DNA of 64,000 nt from Alphaproteobacteria bacterium (GTDB taxonomy: Bacteria; Pseudomonadota; Alphaproteobacteria; MPNO01): the NCBI GenBank assembly GCA_965248835.1, contig CBDFLJ010000002.1, positions 1,888,001-1,952,000 on the forward strand, read 5' to 3'. Shown one piece after another: positions 8,357 through 18,207 of this stretch (position 1 is the stretch's first letter; each line of letters begins with the position of its first letter). Both the position numbers and the translations under genes were made by a program. The notes under the pieces are model-generated. The model was not told the origin of the DNA. It saw only the letters and a program-made list of their open reading frames with translations, and did no database searches.

Positions 8357-9883
8357 GTGGCAGAGACCGCTCCGATCCTGCAGCCCGAGACGGAGACCGG
8401 GGGTTTCCGCAGCCCGCCGGCGAATGTCGAGGCGGAAATGGCCCTCTTGGGCGCGATCCTGATCAACAACCGCGCCTATGAGCGAGTCTCGGAGTTCCTG
8501 ACCCCGGAGCAGTTCGGCGAGGAATTCCACGGCCGCATCTACGAGGCGTGCGCGCGGATGATCGAACGTGGACAGCGCGCCGATCCGACCACGCTCAAGA
8601 ATTTCTTCGAATCCGAGGAGGCCTACCGCGCAGTCGGCGGCGCGCGCTATGTCGCCCGCCTTGCCGCAAGCGCGACCACGATCATCAACGCCTTGGACTA
8701 CGGACGTCTGGTCCACGACCTCCACTTGCGGCGCGAGCTGATCGGGCTGGGCACCGACGTGGTCAACGACGCCTATGTCGACGACCTCGAGGTCAGCGCC
8801 ACCGATCAGATCGAGACTGCCGAGCAGAAGCTCTACGACCTGGCGACGACCGGCGCATACGAGGGCGGCTTCCGGCACTTCAAGGTCGCGATGCAGAACG
8901 CGATCGAGATGGCCCAGGCGGCATATAAGCGCGAGGGCAGGATCGCCGGGCTGGCGACCGGGTTCAATAGCCTGGACCTGCTGCTCGGCGGGCTGCACAA
9001 ATCCGACCTCGTTATCCTGGCCGGCCGGCCGTCGATGGGAAAGACGGCGCTTGCGACCAACATCGCCTTCAACGTAGCCAAGTCGCTTACCCGGGAAGCA
9101 GGCGGCGACAAGGCGGGGCAACCCGCGATCGGGTTCTATTCGCTGGAGATGTCGGCCGAGCAGCTCGCCAACCGAATCCTCGCCGAGGACGCGCAGATCG
9201 CCTCCGACAAGATCCGCCGCGGCGAGCTCAACGCCCAGGAGTTCGACCGCCTGGTCCTGGCCAGCCAGCAGTTGGAGATGGCGGCGTTCTTCATCGACGA
9301 TACGCCGGCGCTCACCGTCTCGGCCTTGCGCACCAGGGCGCGCCGGCTGAAGCGCCAGCACGGGCTTGCCCTGATCGTGGTCGACTACCTGCAGCTCCTG
9401 CAGGGCAGCCCGGCCAAGCGCAATGACAGCCGGGTCCAGGAGATCTCCGAGATCACCCGCGGTCTGAAGACGCTGGCCAAGGAGCTCGACGTCCCGGTGC
9501 TGGCGCTTTCGCAGCTCTCGCGGGCGGTCGAGCAGCGCGAGGACAAGCGGCCCCAGCTCGCCGACCTCCGCGAGTCCGGGACGATCGAGCAGGACGCCGA
9601 TGTGGTCATGTTCATCTTTCGTGAGGAATACTATCTCGATCGGCTGGAGCCCAGCCGCCGCGCCGAGGAGACCGAGGACAAGTTCCTCGAACGCCATGGA
9701 AACTGGGAGGATCGCCTCAAGGATGCCCACGGCCTGGCCGAGGTGATCGTCGCCAAGCAGCGCCACGGTCCGACCGGCAGGGTCCCGCTCCGCTTCCAGG
9801 CCGAACTGACACGTTTCGAAAATCTGGAAGACCCATCGAGCGCGTATGGCGGGGACTGGACCGGCGAGGACGTGCCGTTCTGA
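8357..9883 (+). CDS. dnaB: Replicative DNA helicase
   Basis: Walker A AGRPSMGKT, SLEMS, VDYLQL, SQLSR, DLRESGTIEQDAD and KQRHGPTG. Confidence 0.97.
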   Translation: MAETAPILQPETETGGFRSPPANVEAEMALLGAILINNRAYERVSEFLTPEQFGEEFHGRIYEACARMIERGQRADPTTLKNFFESEEAYRAVGGARYVARLAASATTIINALDYGRLVHDLHLRRELIGLGTDVVNDAYVDDLEVSATDQIETAEQKLYDLATTGAYEGGFRHFKVAMQNAIEMAQAAYKREGRIAGLATGFNSLDLLLGGLHKSDLVILAGRPSMGKTALATNIAFNVAKSLTREAGGDKAGQPAIGFYSLEMSAEQLANRILAEDAQIASDKIRRGELNAQEFDRLVLASQQLEMAAFFIDDTPALTVSALRTRARRLKRQHGLALIVVDYLQLLQGSPAKRNDSRVQEISEITRGLKTLAKELDVPVLALSQLSRAVEQREDKRPQLADLRESGTIEQDADVVMFIFREEYYLDRLEPSRRAEETEDKFLERHGNWEDRLKDAHGLAEVIVAKQRHGPTGRVPLRFQAELTRFENLEDPSSAYGGDWTGEDVPF

Positions 9884-9909
9884 GCGCCTGCGGCCACGAT
9901 CGGGCCCGG

Positions 9910-11007
9910 ATGATCGTCGATCTCGGCGCTATTGTTGCCAACTGGCACAGGCTGGCCGCGCGCGCTCCGGGCGCTGTCTGCGGCGCGGTGGTCAAGGCCG
10001 ATGCCTACGGCCTGGGTCTGGGTCCGGTCGGCCGTGCGCTGGCCTCCGCCGGCTGCAAGGTTTTTTTCGTCGCCAATACCGAAGAGGGCATGGCCCTGCG
10101 CGGCCACTTCGGCGACGTGCCCAACGAGCCCGGGATCTATTGCCTCGACGGTTATGTCGCCGGCGAGGAAGCGCTTTACGACCGGTCCGCCTTGACGCCG
10201 GTGCTCGGGACGCTCGAAGGCCTCGAGCGCTGGGCGCGGCACGGACGGGATCGCGGCGGGCGGGCTGCCGCCCTGATGCTCGATACCGGCATGACCCGGC
10301 TCGGCCTGGGTATCGACGACGTCGCGCTGCTCGCCCGCGAGCCGGCGCGCCTGGAGGGAATCACGCTCGCGGCGGTGATGAGCCACCTGGCTTGCGCCGA
10401 CGAGCCGGACAACCCGATGAACCGCGAACAGAAGCAGGCTTTCGACATGCTGCGGGCGCAGTTGCCGCCCGCTCCGGCCTCGCTGGCCAACTCGGCGGGC
10501 ATCTTCATGGGCGCGGACTTCCACTACGACCTGGTCCGGCCGGGTGCCGCGCTCTACGGCCTGGCGGTGACGCGGCGGCACGCCAACCCGATGGCGCCGA
10601 CCGTGCGGCTAGAGGCAAAAATCGTGCAATTTCGGTACGTTGACACCGATACGGCCGTTGGATACGGTGCGACCCGCCGCGTCATCGCCGGTCGCAGTCT
10701 GGCGACTGTGGCGATGGGTTATGCCGACGGGCTGGCCAGGTCCTTGTCCAACCGCGGCAGCGCGCGCATCGGTGACGTTCCAGTCCCGGTGGTTGGACGG
10801 GTGTCCATGGATCTGGTGACCTTCGACGTGACGGGAATCGCAGCCGGTCGGGTTCGCCCGGGCGACATGGTCGAGCTGATCGGCCCGCTGCACGATGCCG
10901 ATGCGATGGCCGCGGAGGCGGGGACGATCGGCTATGAGATCCTTTCCCGAATCGGACCGCGGGTGCGGCGCGTCTATCGCGGCGCCGAGGAGGCGGAGCC
11001 TGCATGA
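9910..11007 (+). CDS. alr: Alanine racemase
   Basis: AVVKADAYG (PLP Lys), DTGMTRLG, SHLACAD and GRVSMD. Confidence 0.95.
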   Translation: MIVDLGAIVANWHRLAARAPGAVCGAVVKADAYGLGLGPVGRALASAGCKVFFVANTEEGMALRGHFGDVPNEPGIYCLDGYVAGEEALYDRSALTPVLGTLEGLERWARHGRDRGGRAAALMLDTGMTRLGLGIDDVALLAREPARLEGITLAAVMSHLACADEPDNPMNREQKQAFDMLRAQLPPAPASLANSAGIFMGADFHYDLVRPGAALYGLAVTRRHANPMAPTVRLEAKIVQFRYVDTDTAVGYGATRRVIAGRSLATVAMGYADGLARSLSNRGSARIGDVPVPVVGRVSMDLVTFDVTGIAAGRVRPGDMVELIGPLHDADAMAAEAGTIGYEILSRIGPRVRRVYRGAEEAEPA

Positions 11008-11777
11008 CGATGGTCGCATCGATCGGACGGGTGCTGCTGTCGTTCTTCGCAGCGACCGGAAGGCTGTCCATGTTCGCCGGCCAGGGCGTGATGCACTGCG
11101 TCCGCCCGCCGATCTATGCCCGGCTGATCGGCCGCCAGATGATCGAGGTCGGCTACTACTCGCTGCCGGTGGTCGGCATGACGGCCCTGTTCACCGGCAT
11201 GGTGCTCGCGCTGCAGAGCTACACCGGCTTCGCCCGGTTCAACGCCGAGAGCGCAATCGCGACGGTGGTCGTCCTGTCGATGACCCGAGAGCTCGCCCCG
11301 GTGCTTGCCGGTCTGATGGTGGCCGGGCGCATCGGTGCCGCGATGGCAGCCGAGATCGGCACCATGCGGGTGACCGAGCAGATCGATGCCCTGACCACGC
11401 TGTCCACCAACCCCTTCAAGTACCTGGTGGCGCCCAGGTTGCTCGCCGCTACGCTGACCTTGCCTTTGTGCGTGCTCATGGCCGATGCCATCGGAGTGTT
11501 TGGCGGCTATCTGATCAGCGTCCACAAGCTCGGTTTCAACCCCGCCGTCTACCTCAAGAGCACCTTCCAGTTCCTCGAGATCATCGATGTCGTGTCGGGC
11601 ATGATCAAAGCCGCCGTGTTCGGGTTCCTGATCGCCTTGATGGGCTGCTACCACGGCTACCATTCGCGCGGCGGGGCGCAAGGCGTAGGGGCCGCGACCA
11701 CCAATGCGGTCGTGTCGTCTTCGGTGCTCATCCTTGGATTCAACTACCTGATCACCGAAGCCTTTTTCGCCCGATGA
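11004..11777 (+). CDS. mlaE: MlaE family ABC permease
   Basis: RELAPV, AEIGTMRVTEQIDAL and GVGAATTNAVV. Confidence 0.92.
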   Translation: MTMVASIGRVLLSFFAATGRLSMFAGQGVMHCVRPPIYARLIGRQMIEVGYYSLPVVGMTALFTGMVLALQSYTGFARFNAESAIATVVVLSMTRELAPVLAGLMVAGRIGAAMAAEIGTMRVTEQIDALTTLSTNPFKYLVAPRLLAATLTLPLCVLMADAIGVFGGYLISVHKLGFNPAVYLKSTFQFLEIIDVVSGMIKAAVFGFLIALMGCYHGYHSRGGAQGVGAATTNAVVSSSVLILGFNYLITEAFFAR

Positions 11778-12592
11778 ACGGTACCGCAGGGCCGCAGATG
11801 ACGGTCGCACAAGCCAAGACCGCCGATCCGATGATCCGGGTGCGCCGGTTGCGCAAGGCATTCGGCAACAAGCTCGTGCTGGACGATCTCGACCTCGATA
11901 TCTACCGTGGCGAGAGCTTGGTCGTCATCGGCGGCTCGGGCACCGGAAAGTCGGTGCTGATGAAGAATATCATCGGCGTCATGCAGCCCGATTCCGGCAG
12001 CATCGTCATCGACGGCACCGAAACGGTGGGCGCGTCCACCGCTGTCGGCGACTCGGTCAGGGCGAAGTTCGGCATGCTGTTCCAGGGCGCGGCGCTGTTC
12101 GATTCGATGTCGGTCTGGGAGAACGTAGCCTTCAGCCTGCTCCAGAACCACCACCTGCCCAAGCGCCGCGCCCGCGAGATGGCCATCGACAAGCTCGCCC
12201 AGGTCGGGCTCGGGCGCGCGCTTGCCGACCGCTCGCCCGCTGAGCTGTCCGGCGGCATGCAGAAGCGCGTCGGCCTTGCCCGTGCGATCGCGACCGAGCC
12301 GGCGATCCTGTTCTTCGACGAGCCGACGACCGGGCTGGACCCGATCATGGGCGATGTGATCAACGAGCTGATCCTCAAATGCGTGCGCGGGCTTGGCGCG
12401 ACCGCGCTCACCATCACCCACGACATGTCGAGCGCGCGCAAGATCGCCGATCGCATCGCGATGATCCATTGCGGCAAGACCGTTTGGGCCGGCCCCGTGT
12501 CCGCCGTCGATGACAGCGGCAACGCGGTCGTCGACCAGTTCATCCACGGGCGCACCGAAGGCCCGATCCAGCCGGCGGCAAATGCCTCCTGA
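11774..12592 (+). CDS. mlaF: MlaF-type ABC ATPase
   Basis: GGSGTGKS, LSGGMQKRV and DEPTTGLDP. Overlaps the mlaE stop codon. Confidence 0.9.
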   Translation: MNGTAGPQMTVAQAKTADPMIRVRRLRKAFGNKLVLDDLDLDIYRGESLVVIGGSGTGKSVLMKNIIGVMQPDSGSIVIDGTETVGASTAVGDSVRAKFGMLFQGAALFDSMSVWENVAFSLLQNHHLPKRRAREMAIDKLAQVGLGRALADRSPAELSGGMQKRVGLARAIATEPAILFFDEPTTGLDPIMGDVINELILKCVRGLGATALTITHDMSSARKIADRIAMIHCGKTVWAGPVSAVDDSGNAVVDQFIHGRTEGPIQPAANAS

Positions 12593-12603
12593 AGCCGCCT
12601 GAG

Positions 12604-14010
12604 ATGGCCAGGACAGCCGCCCGGTTCGTCTGTCAAAGCTGCGGCAGCGCCTTCGCGAAGTGGAGCGGCCGGTGCGAGGGCTGCGGCGAATGGAACACGA
12701 TCACCGAGGAGGCGCAGCGGACAAGCGCGCCCAAGGGGCTGGATGCCGGCCGGGGCGCCGCGCTCGACTTCGTCCCGCTGGCCGGTGGCGAGGCTCCGGC
12801 CGCACGGCTGGAGAGCGGAATCACCGAATTCGACCGGGTCAGCGGCGGCGGTCTGGTCCAGGGCTCGGCGCTCCTGGTCGGCGGCGACCCGGGGATCGGC
12901 AAATCGACGCTGATGCTCCAGGTCGCCGGCCGTTTCGCCGGCGCGATGACGGTGGCCTATATCTCCGGCGAGGAGGCGATCGATCAGATCCGGCTGCGCG
13001 CCGCAAGGCTGGGCCTGGCCGAGGCCCCGGTGCGCCTCGCCGCGGCGACCAGCGTCCGTGACATCATCACCTCCCTCGACCGCGCCGATGCCCCGGCCGT
13101 GGTGGTCGTGGATTCGATCCAGACCATGTACCTCGACAATTTAGATTCGGCGCCCGGCACGGTCGCTCAGGTGCGCGCCAGCGCGCAGGAGCTGATCGGC
13201 TTGGCCAAGCGGCGGGGGTTCTGCGTGATCCTGGTCGGCCACGTCACCAAGGAGGGCACCATCGCCGGACCGCGGGTGCTTGAGCACATGGTCGATACCG
13301 TGCTCTATTTCGAGGGCGAGCGCGGCCATCAGTTCCGGTTGCTGCGCGCTATCAAGAACCGGTTCGGCCCGACCGACGAGATCGGCGTCTTCGCGATGAC
13401 GGATCGCGGGCTGATGGAGGTCCCGAACCCGTCTGCGCTGTTCCTCGCCGACCGGAGGGGCAACGTCTCCGGCGCCAGCGTCTTCGCAGGCATCGAGGGC
13501 ACGCGCCCGGTCCTGGTCGAGATCCAGGCCCTGGTCGCCCCATCCCGGCTGGCGACGCCGCGCCGGGCGGTGGTGGGCTGGGATTCGGCCAGGCTCGCGA
13601 TGATCCTGGCGGTGCTCGAGGCACGCTGCGGCGTCGCGCTGGCCGGCCGGGACGTCTATCTCAACGTCGCCGGGGGCTTGCGCATCGGCGAGCCGGCTGC
13701 CGACCTCGCGGTGGCCGGGGCGCTGCTGTCGGCGGCCTCGGACTGCCCGGCACCGGAGGATGCGGTCGTGTTCGGCGAGATCGGCCTGGGCGGCGAGGTG
13801 CGCGGGGTCAGCCAGCCGGCACAGCGGCTGCGCGAGGCGGCCAAGCTCGGCTTCGCACGCGCGATCGCCCCGCCGCAGTCCGACGCCGAGCAATCGGCAG
13901 GAACCGGCATCATGCTCACCGAGATCGCACATTTGAGGCAGCTCGTCGCCATGTTCCCGTGGCAGAATGCGCACGGGGCGGAGGAGCGGCTGTCAATGGA
14001 GTCAGTCTGA
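12604..14010 (+). CDS. radA: DNA repair protein RadA/Sms
   Basis: CxxC...CxxC zinc finger, GDPGIGKST and KNRFG. Confidence 0.97.
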   Translation: MARTAARFVCQSCGSAFAKWSGRCEGCGEWNTITEEAQRTSAPKGLDAGRGAALDFVPLAGGEAPAARLESGITEFDRVSGGGLVQGSALLVGGDPGIGKSTLMLQVAGRFAGAMTVAYISGEEAIDQIRLRAARLGLAEAPVRLAAATSVRDIITSLDRADAPAVVVVDSIQTMYLDNLDSAPGTVAQVRASAQELIGLAKRRGFCVILVGHVTKEGTIAGPRVLEHMVDTVLYFEGERGHQFRLLRAIKNRFGPTDEIGVFAMTDRGLMEVPNPSALFLADRRGNVSGASVFAGIEGTRPVLVEIQALVAPSRLATPRRAVVGWDSARLAMILAVLEARCGVALAGRDVYLNVAGGLRIGEPAADLAVAGALLSAASDCPAPEDAVVFGEIGLGGEVRGVSQPAQRLREAAKLGFARAIAPPQSDAEQSAGTGIMLTEIAHLRQLVAMFPWQNAHGAEERLSMESV

Positions 14011-14011
14011 G

Positions 14012-14656
14012 ATGTCGGCGTTCGACTTGGTCGTCATCGCCGTGATCGTATTCGCCGCGCTGATCGGACTTTGGCTCGGCGTGGTCCGCGTGCTGTTGGG
14101 TATCGGCGGCTGGATCGGGGCGGCGGTGATCACCGTTTACGGCTTCCCCTTCGCCCGGCCGCTGGCGCGGGACTTCATCGAAGGCGCTTTCCTGTCCGAC
14201 CTCGCTGCTGCCGGCGCGATCTTCATCGTAAGCCTGGTGCTGCTGACCATATTGAGCCACGTGATCGCCGAGCGGGTGCGCGGCAGCGCATTCGGCGCGG
14301 TCGACCGTTCGGTCGGGCTGGTCGTCGGCCTGTCGCTGGGGATCCTGGTCTCCTCCGCCGGGTTCCTCGTCGTGGAGCGGGTCCTCAACGAAGGCAAGCA
14401 GCCGGCCTGGGTGAAGAACGCCAAGACCGCGCCGGTGCTGGCCTGGTCGGCACGGAAGATCCTGTCCGCCGTGCCCAGAGAATGGCGCGAGGCGGCCGGC
14501 GCGTCGCACCCGAACCAGCCGTCCTCGGCCGAGACCAGCAAGGCGGTGGAGAAGCTTATGACGCCGACCCCACCGGTCAGCCCGCCCAAGGCAAAAACCG
14601 GTTACGGCAAGTCCGAGCGCCGCGAGATGGACCGGCTGTTCAATGCCAACCAATAG
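14012..14656 (+). CDS. cvpA: CvpA family membrane protein
   Basis: Four TM helices and DRSVG. Conserved position between radA and purF. Confidence 0.85.
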   Translation: MSAFDLVVIAVIVFAALIGLWLGVVRVLLGIGGWIGAAVITVYGFPFARPLARDFIEGAFLSDLAAAGAIFIVSLVLLTILSHVIAERVRGSAFGAVDRSVGLVVGLSLGILVSSAGFLVVERVLNEGKQPAWVKNAKTAPVLAWSARKILSAVPREWREAAGASHPNQPSSAETSKAVEKLMTPTPPVSPPKAKTGYGKSERREMDRLFNANQ

Positions 14657-14666
14657 GTCTCCCCGA

Positions 14667-16121
14667 ATGTCGGCCAAGGACTGCACCGACGACGACAAGC
14701 CGCGCGAGGAGTGCGGCATCGTCGGCGTCTGGGGTCATCGCGAAGCCGCGGCCCTGATCGCGCTCGGCCTGCACGCGCTGCAGCATCGCGGCCAGGAAGC
14801 AGCCGGGATCGTGAGCCTGCATGACAGCCAGTTCCACATCCACCGGGCGCTCGGCGAGGTCGGCGAGAATTTCAGCGACGCCTCGGTCATGGAGCGCCTG
14901 CCGGGCGCTGCAGCGATCGGGCACAACCGCTACTCGACCTCCGGCGATACGGTGCTGCGCAACGTTCAGCCGCTGTTCGCCGATTTCGAGTCCGGCGGGT
15001 TCGCCATCGGCCACAACGGCAACCTGACCAACGCGCGGCAGATCCGGCGCGCGCTGGTCCATCGCGGATCGCTGTTCCAGTCGACCACCGATACCGAGGT
15101 GATCATCCACCTGATCGCCACGGCCCAGGGCGGCTCGGTGCTGGACCGCCTGGTCGAGGCGTTGCACCAGGTCACGGGCGCCTATTCGCTGATCGCGCTC
15201 ACCGACGAGATGATGATCGGCCTGCGCGATCCGTGCGGCGTGCGCCCGCTGGTGATCGGCCGGCTCGACGAGGCCTATATCCTGGCCTCGGAGACCTGCG
15301 CCCTCGACATCGTCGGCGCCCAGTTCGTCCGCGACGTCGCCCCCGGAGAGATCGTGGTGATCGGAAGCGACGGGCTGCGCAGCTTCACCCCCTTCGCGCC
15401 GACGCCTCGGCGCTTTTGCGTGTTCGAATACATCTATTTCGCAAGGCCGGATTCGACGGTCGATTCGATCAACGTCTACGAGGCGCGGCGGCGGATCGGC
15501 GCGGAGCTGGCGCGCGAGCAGCCGGTCGATGCGGATGTGGTCATCCCGATCCCCGACTCGGGTGTGCCGGCGGCACTCGGCTATGCCCGCGAGGCTGGCC
15601 TTGCCTACGAGGTCGGCATCATCCGCAACCACTATGTCGGCCGTACCTTCATCGAGCCGAGCGATCGGATCCGCCACCTCGGCGTGCGGCTCAAGCACAA
15701 CGCCAACCGGTCGGTCATTACCGGGCGCCGGGTGATACTGGTCGACGACAGCATCGTGCGCGGCACCACGTCGACCAAGATCGTCGAGATGGTGCGCAAC
15801 GCCGGCGCCTCGGAGGTGCATATGCGCATCGCTTCGCCGCCGACAACGCATTCCTGCTATTACGGCGTCGATACACCCGAGCGCGACGAGCTGCTCGCGG
15901 CGCGCCACAATGTCGAGGAGATGATGCGGCTGATCGGCGTGGACTCGCTCGCCTATCTTTCGCTCGACGGGCTCTATCGGGCGCTCGGCGAGACGCGGCG
16001 CAACCCGGACACGCCGCAGTTTTGCGATGCCTGCTTCTCCGGCGACTACCCGATATCGCTCGTCGACCGCGATATCGGCGAAGGAGACGGCCAACTTTCG
16101 CTGCTGACCCAGGTCCCGTGA
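14667..16121 (+). CDS. purF: Amidophosphoribosyltransferase
   Basis: EECG (Ntn Cys), LQHRGQ, and VDDSIVRGTT. Confidence 0.96.
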   Translation: MSAKDCTDDDKPREECGIVGVWGHREAAALIALGLHALQHRGQEAAGIVSLHDSQFHIHRALGEVGENFSDASVMERLPGAAAIGHNRYSTSGDTVLRNVQPLFADFESGGFAIGHNGNLTNARQIRRALVHRGSLFQSTTDTEVIIHLIATAQGGSVLDRLVEALHQVTGAYSLIALTDEMMIGLRDPCGVRPLVIGRLDEAYILASETCALDIVGAQFVRDVAPGEIVVIGSDGLRSFTPFAPTPRRFCVFEYIYFARPDSTVDSINVYEARRRIGAELAREQPVDADVVIPIPDSGVPAALGYAREAGLAYEVGIIRNHYVGRTFIEPSDRIRHLGVRLKHNANRSVITGRRVILVDDSIVRGTTSTKIVEMVRNAGASEVHMRIASPPTTHSCYYGVDTPERDELLAARHNVEEMMRLIGVDSLAYLSLDGLYRALGETRRNPDTPQFCDACFSGDYPISLVDRDIGEGDGQLSLLTQVP

Positions 16122-16840
16122 TGGCGGCGCCCCGGCTCGACGGCCGCATCGCCCTGATCACCGGCGCCTCGCGCGGGATCGGCGCCGCCGTCGCCAAACG
16201 GTTCGCCGCCGAAGGCGCCAGGCTGGTCCTGGCCGCGCGTACCACCGGCGGGCTCGAGGAGGTGGACGACGAGATCCGCGCGGCCCTCGGCGCAGACGCC
16301 GCCCCCACCCTGGTCAAGGTCGACCTGTCGGTCGCCGAGGACATCGATCGTCTGGCGATGGCGATCTCCGAGCGCTACGGCCGGCTCGACATCCTGGTCG
16401 GCAATGCCGGTCTGCTCGGCACGATAGGCCCCATCCACCAGATCGAGCCGGCGGAATGGGACCGGGTGCTGGCAGTCAATCTCAGCGCCAACTGGCGGCT
16501 CGTGCGGGTGTTCGATCCGATCCTGCGGGCGGTCGATGCGGGGCGGGCGATCTTCGTCGGCTCCGGTGCCGCGCACGGCAAACGAGCTTACTGGGGAACC
16601 TATGCGATCTCCAAGGCCGGGCTGGAGATGATGGCGCTGATCTGGGCGGGCGAGACCGAGAAGACCCGGCTGCGGGTCAATGTCATCGATCCCGGCGCCG
16701 TCCGCACCGGCATGCGCGCGACCGCGTTCCCGGGCGAGGACCCGGCGAGGCTGAAGCCGCCCGACGCTCTGGGCGAGGTGTTCGTCGAGCTCGCCAGCCC
16801 GTCATGCCGGCGCCACGGCGAGGTGGTCCACGCGTACTGA
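16121..16840 (+). CDS. Short-chain dehydrogenase/reductase (YciK-like)
   Basis: TGASRGIG, YAISK and PGAVRTGMR. Confidence 0.88.
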   Translation: MAAPRLDGRIALITGASRGIGAAVAKRFAAEGARLVLAARTTGGLEEVDDEIRAALGADAAPTLVKVDLSVAEDIDRLAMAISERYGRLDILVGNAGLLGTIGPIHQIEPAEWDRVLAVNLSANWRLVRVFDPILRAVDAGRAIFVGSGAAHGKRAYWGTYAISKAGLEMMALIWAGETEKTRLRVNVIDPGAVRTGMRATAFPGEDPARLKPPDALGEVFVELASPSCRRHGEVVHAY

Positions 16841-16854
16841 GACGCGGCGGCCGT

Positions 16855-18207
16855 TCAGGCGCGGCTGTCCTCGACATAGGGGTTGCGGCGCTTGCGCAGG
16901 ACAATGCGGATCGGGATCCCCGACAGGCCGAAATCCTCGCGCAAGCCGTTGGTCAGATAGCGCAGGTAGGAGTCCGGCACGGCGCCGGGCCGGCTGGTGA
17001 AAAGCGAGAAGGTCGGCGGGCGGGCCTTGACCTGGGTGATATAGCGCAGTTTCGGCCTGCGGCCCTGGACCATGGGCGGCGGATGACGCTCGATGACGTC
17101 CTGGAGCCAGCGGTTGAGCGGTGCGGTATCGACACGCCGGTTCCAGACGTCGTGGACCTCGACCACCGCAGGCAACAGCCGGTTGACGCCGGCGCGGGTC
17201 AGCGCCGAGAGCGCGACCACCGGGATCCCGCGCACCTGGGGCAGCGAACGGTCGAGCCGATCGCCGATGTCGCGCATCACCGCCGCCCGGTCGGGCACAG
17301 CGTCCCACTTGTTGAGCGCGAGCACCATCGCCCTGCCCTCCTCGATAATATGGCGGGCGATCGTCAGGTCCTGCTTATCCATTCCCTCCAGAGCGTCGAT
17401 CAGCAGCACGACCACATGGGCGAAGCGCACCGCGTGCTCGGTATCGGCGACCGTGATCCTTTCCAGCTTCTGCCTCACCCGCGCCGGTCGGCGGAGCCCC
17501 GCGGTGTCGATCAGGCTGATGTCGCGGTCGCGCCAGCGCCAGGAAACCCAGATCGCGTCGCGGGTAAGGCCGGGCTCGGGTCCGGTGATCACGCGCTCCT
17601 CGTCCAGCAGGCGGTTGAACAGGGTCGACTTGCCGACATTAGGGCGGCCGACGATGGCGAGCCTGAGCGTGTCGTCCTCGGTCTCGGACGCAGACGCCTG
17701 GGAGACTCCGAGCGCAAGCGCGCGGCGCTCGATCGCATCGCGCAGATCGACCAGCCCCTCGCCGTGTTCCGCCGAGACCGCCACGGGCTCGTCGAAGCCG
17801 AGCTCGAAGGCCTCGATCAGCCCGCCGGCGCCGGCAGAGCCCTCGCACTTGTTGGCCACCAGGACGACCGGCTTGGACGTCCGGCGCAGCCGGTTCGCGA
17901 ACTGGCGGTCAAGCGGGGTGATCCCGGCGCGGGCGTCGATCAGCAGCAGCACGAGATCGGCCTGCTCGACCGCCCGGTCGGTCTGGCGCTGCATCCGCCC
18001 GCTCAGGCTTTCCGCCTCGGCCTCCTCCAGTCCGGCGGTATCGACGATGTCGAACGCGAGGCCGAGCAGCCGCGCAGCCCCCTCGCGGCGGTCGCGGGTC
18101 ACCCCCGGGCTCGGATGCACCAGAGCCGTCCGCCGTCCGACCAGCCGGTTGAACAGGGTCGATTTGCCGACATTCGGACGCCCGAGTATGGCGACCTTGA
18201 GCGGCAT
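16855..18207 (-). CDS. der: Ribosome biogenesis GTPase Der
   Basis: Two GRPNVGKST/DTAG G-domains with NKCE and NKWD. Confidence 0.96.
   Translation of the reverse strand: MPLKVAILGRPNVGKSTLFNRLVGRRTALVHPSPGVTRDRREGAARLLGLAFDIVDTAGLEEAEAESLSGRMQRQTDRAVEQADLVLLLIDARAGITPLDRQFANRLRRTSKPVVLVANKCEGSAGAGGLIEAFELGFDEPVAVSAEHGEGLVDLRDAIERRALALGVSQASASETEDDTLRLAIVGRPNVGKSTLFNRLLDEERVITGPEPGLTRDAIWVSWRWRDRDISLIDTAGLRRPARVRQKLERITVADTEHAVRFAHVVVLLIDALEGMDKQDLTIARHIIEEGRAMVLALNKWDAVPDRAAVMRDIGDRLDRSLPQVRGIPVVALSALTRAGVNRLLPAVVEVHDVWNRRVDTAPLNRWLQDVIERHPPPMVQGRRPKLRYITQVKARPPTFSLFTSRPGAVPDSYLRYLTNGLREDFGLSGIPIRIVLRKRRNPYVEDSRA

Noticed and set aside
11004-12592. mlaEF without adjacent mlaD/mlaC
   Set aside because: The alr-mlaE-mlaF-radA order is ordinary in Alphaproteobacteria.
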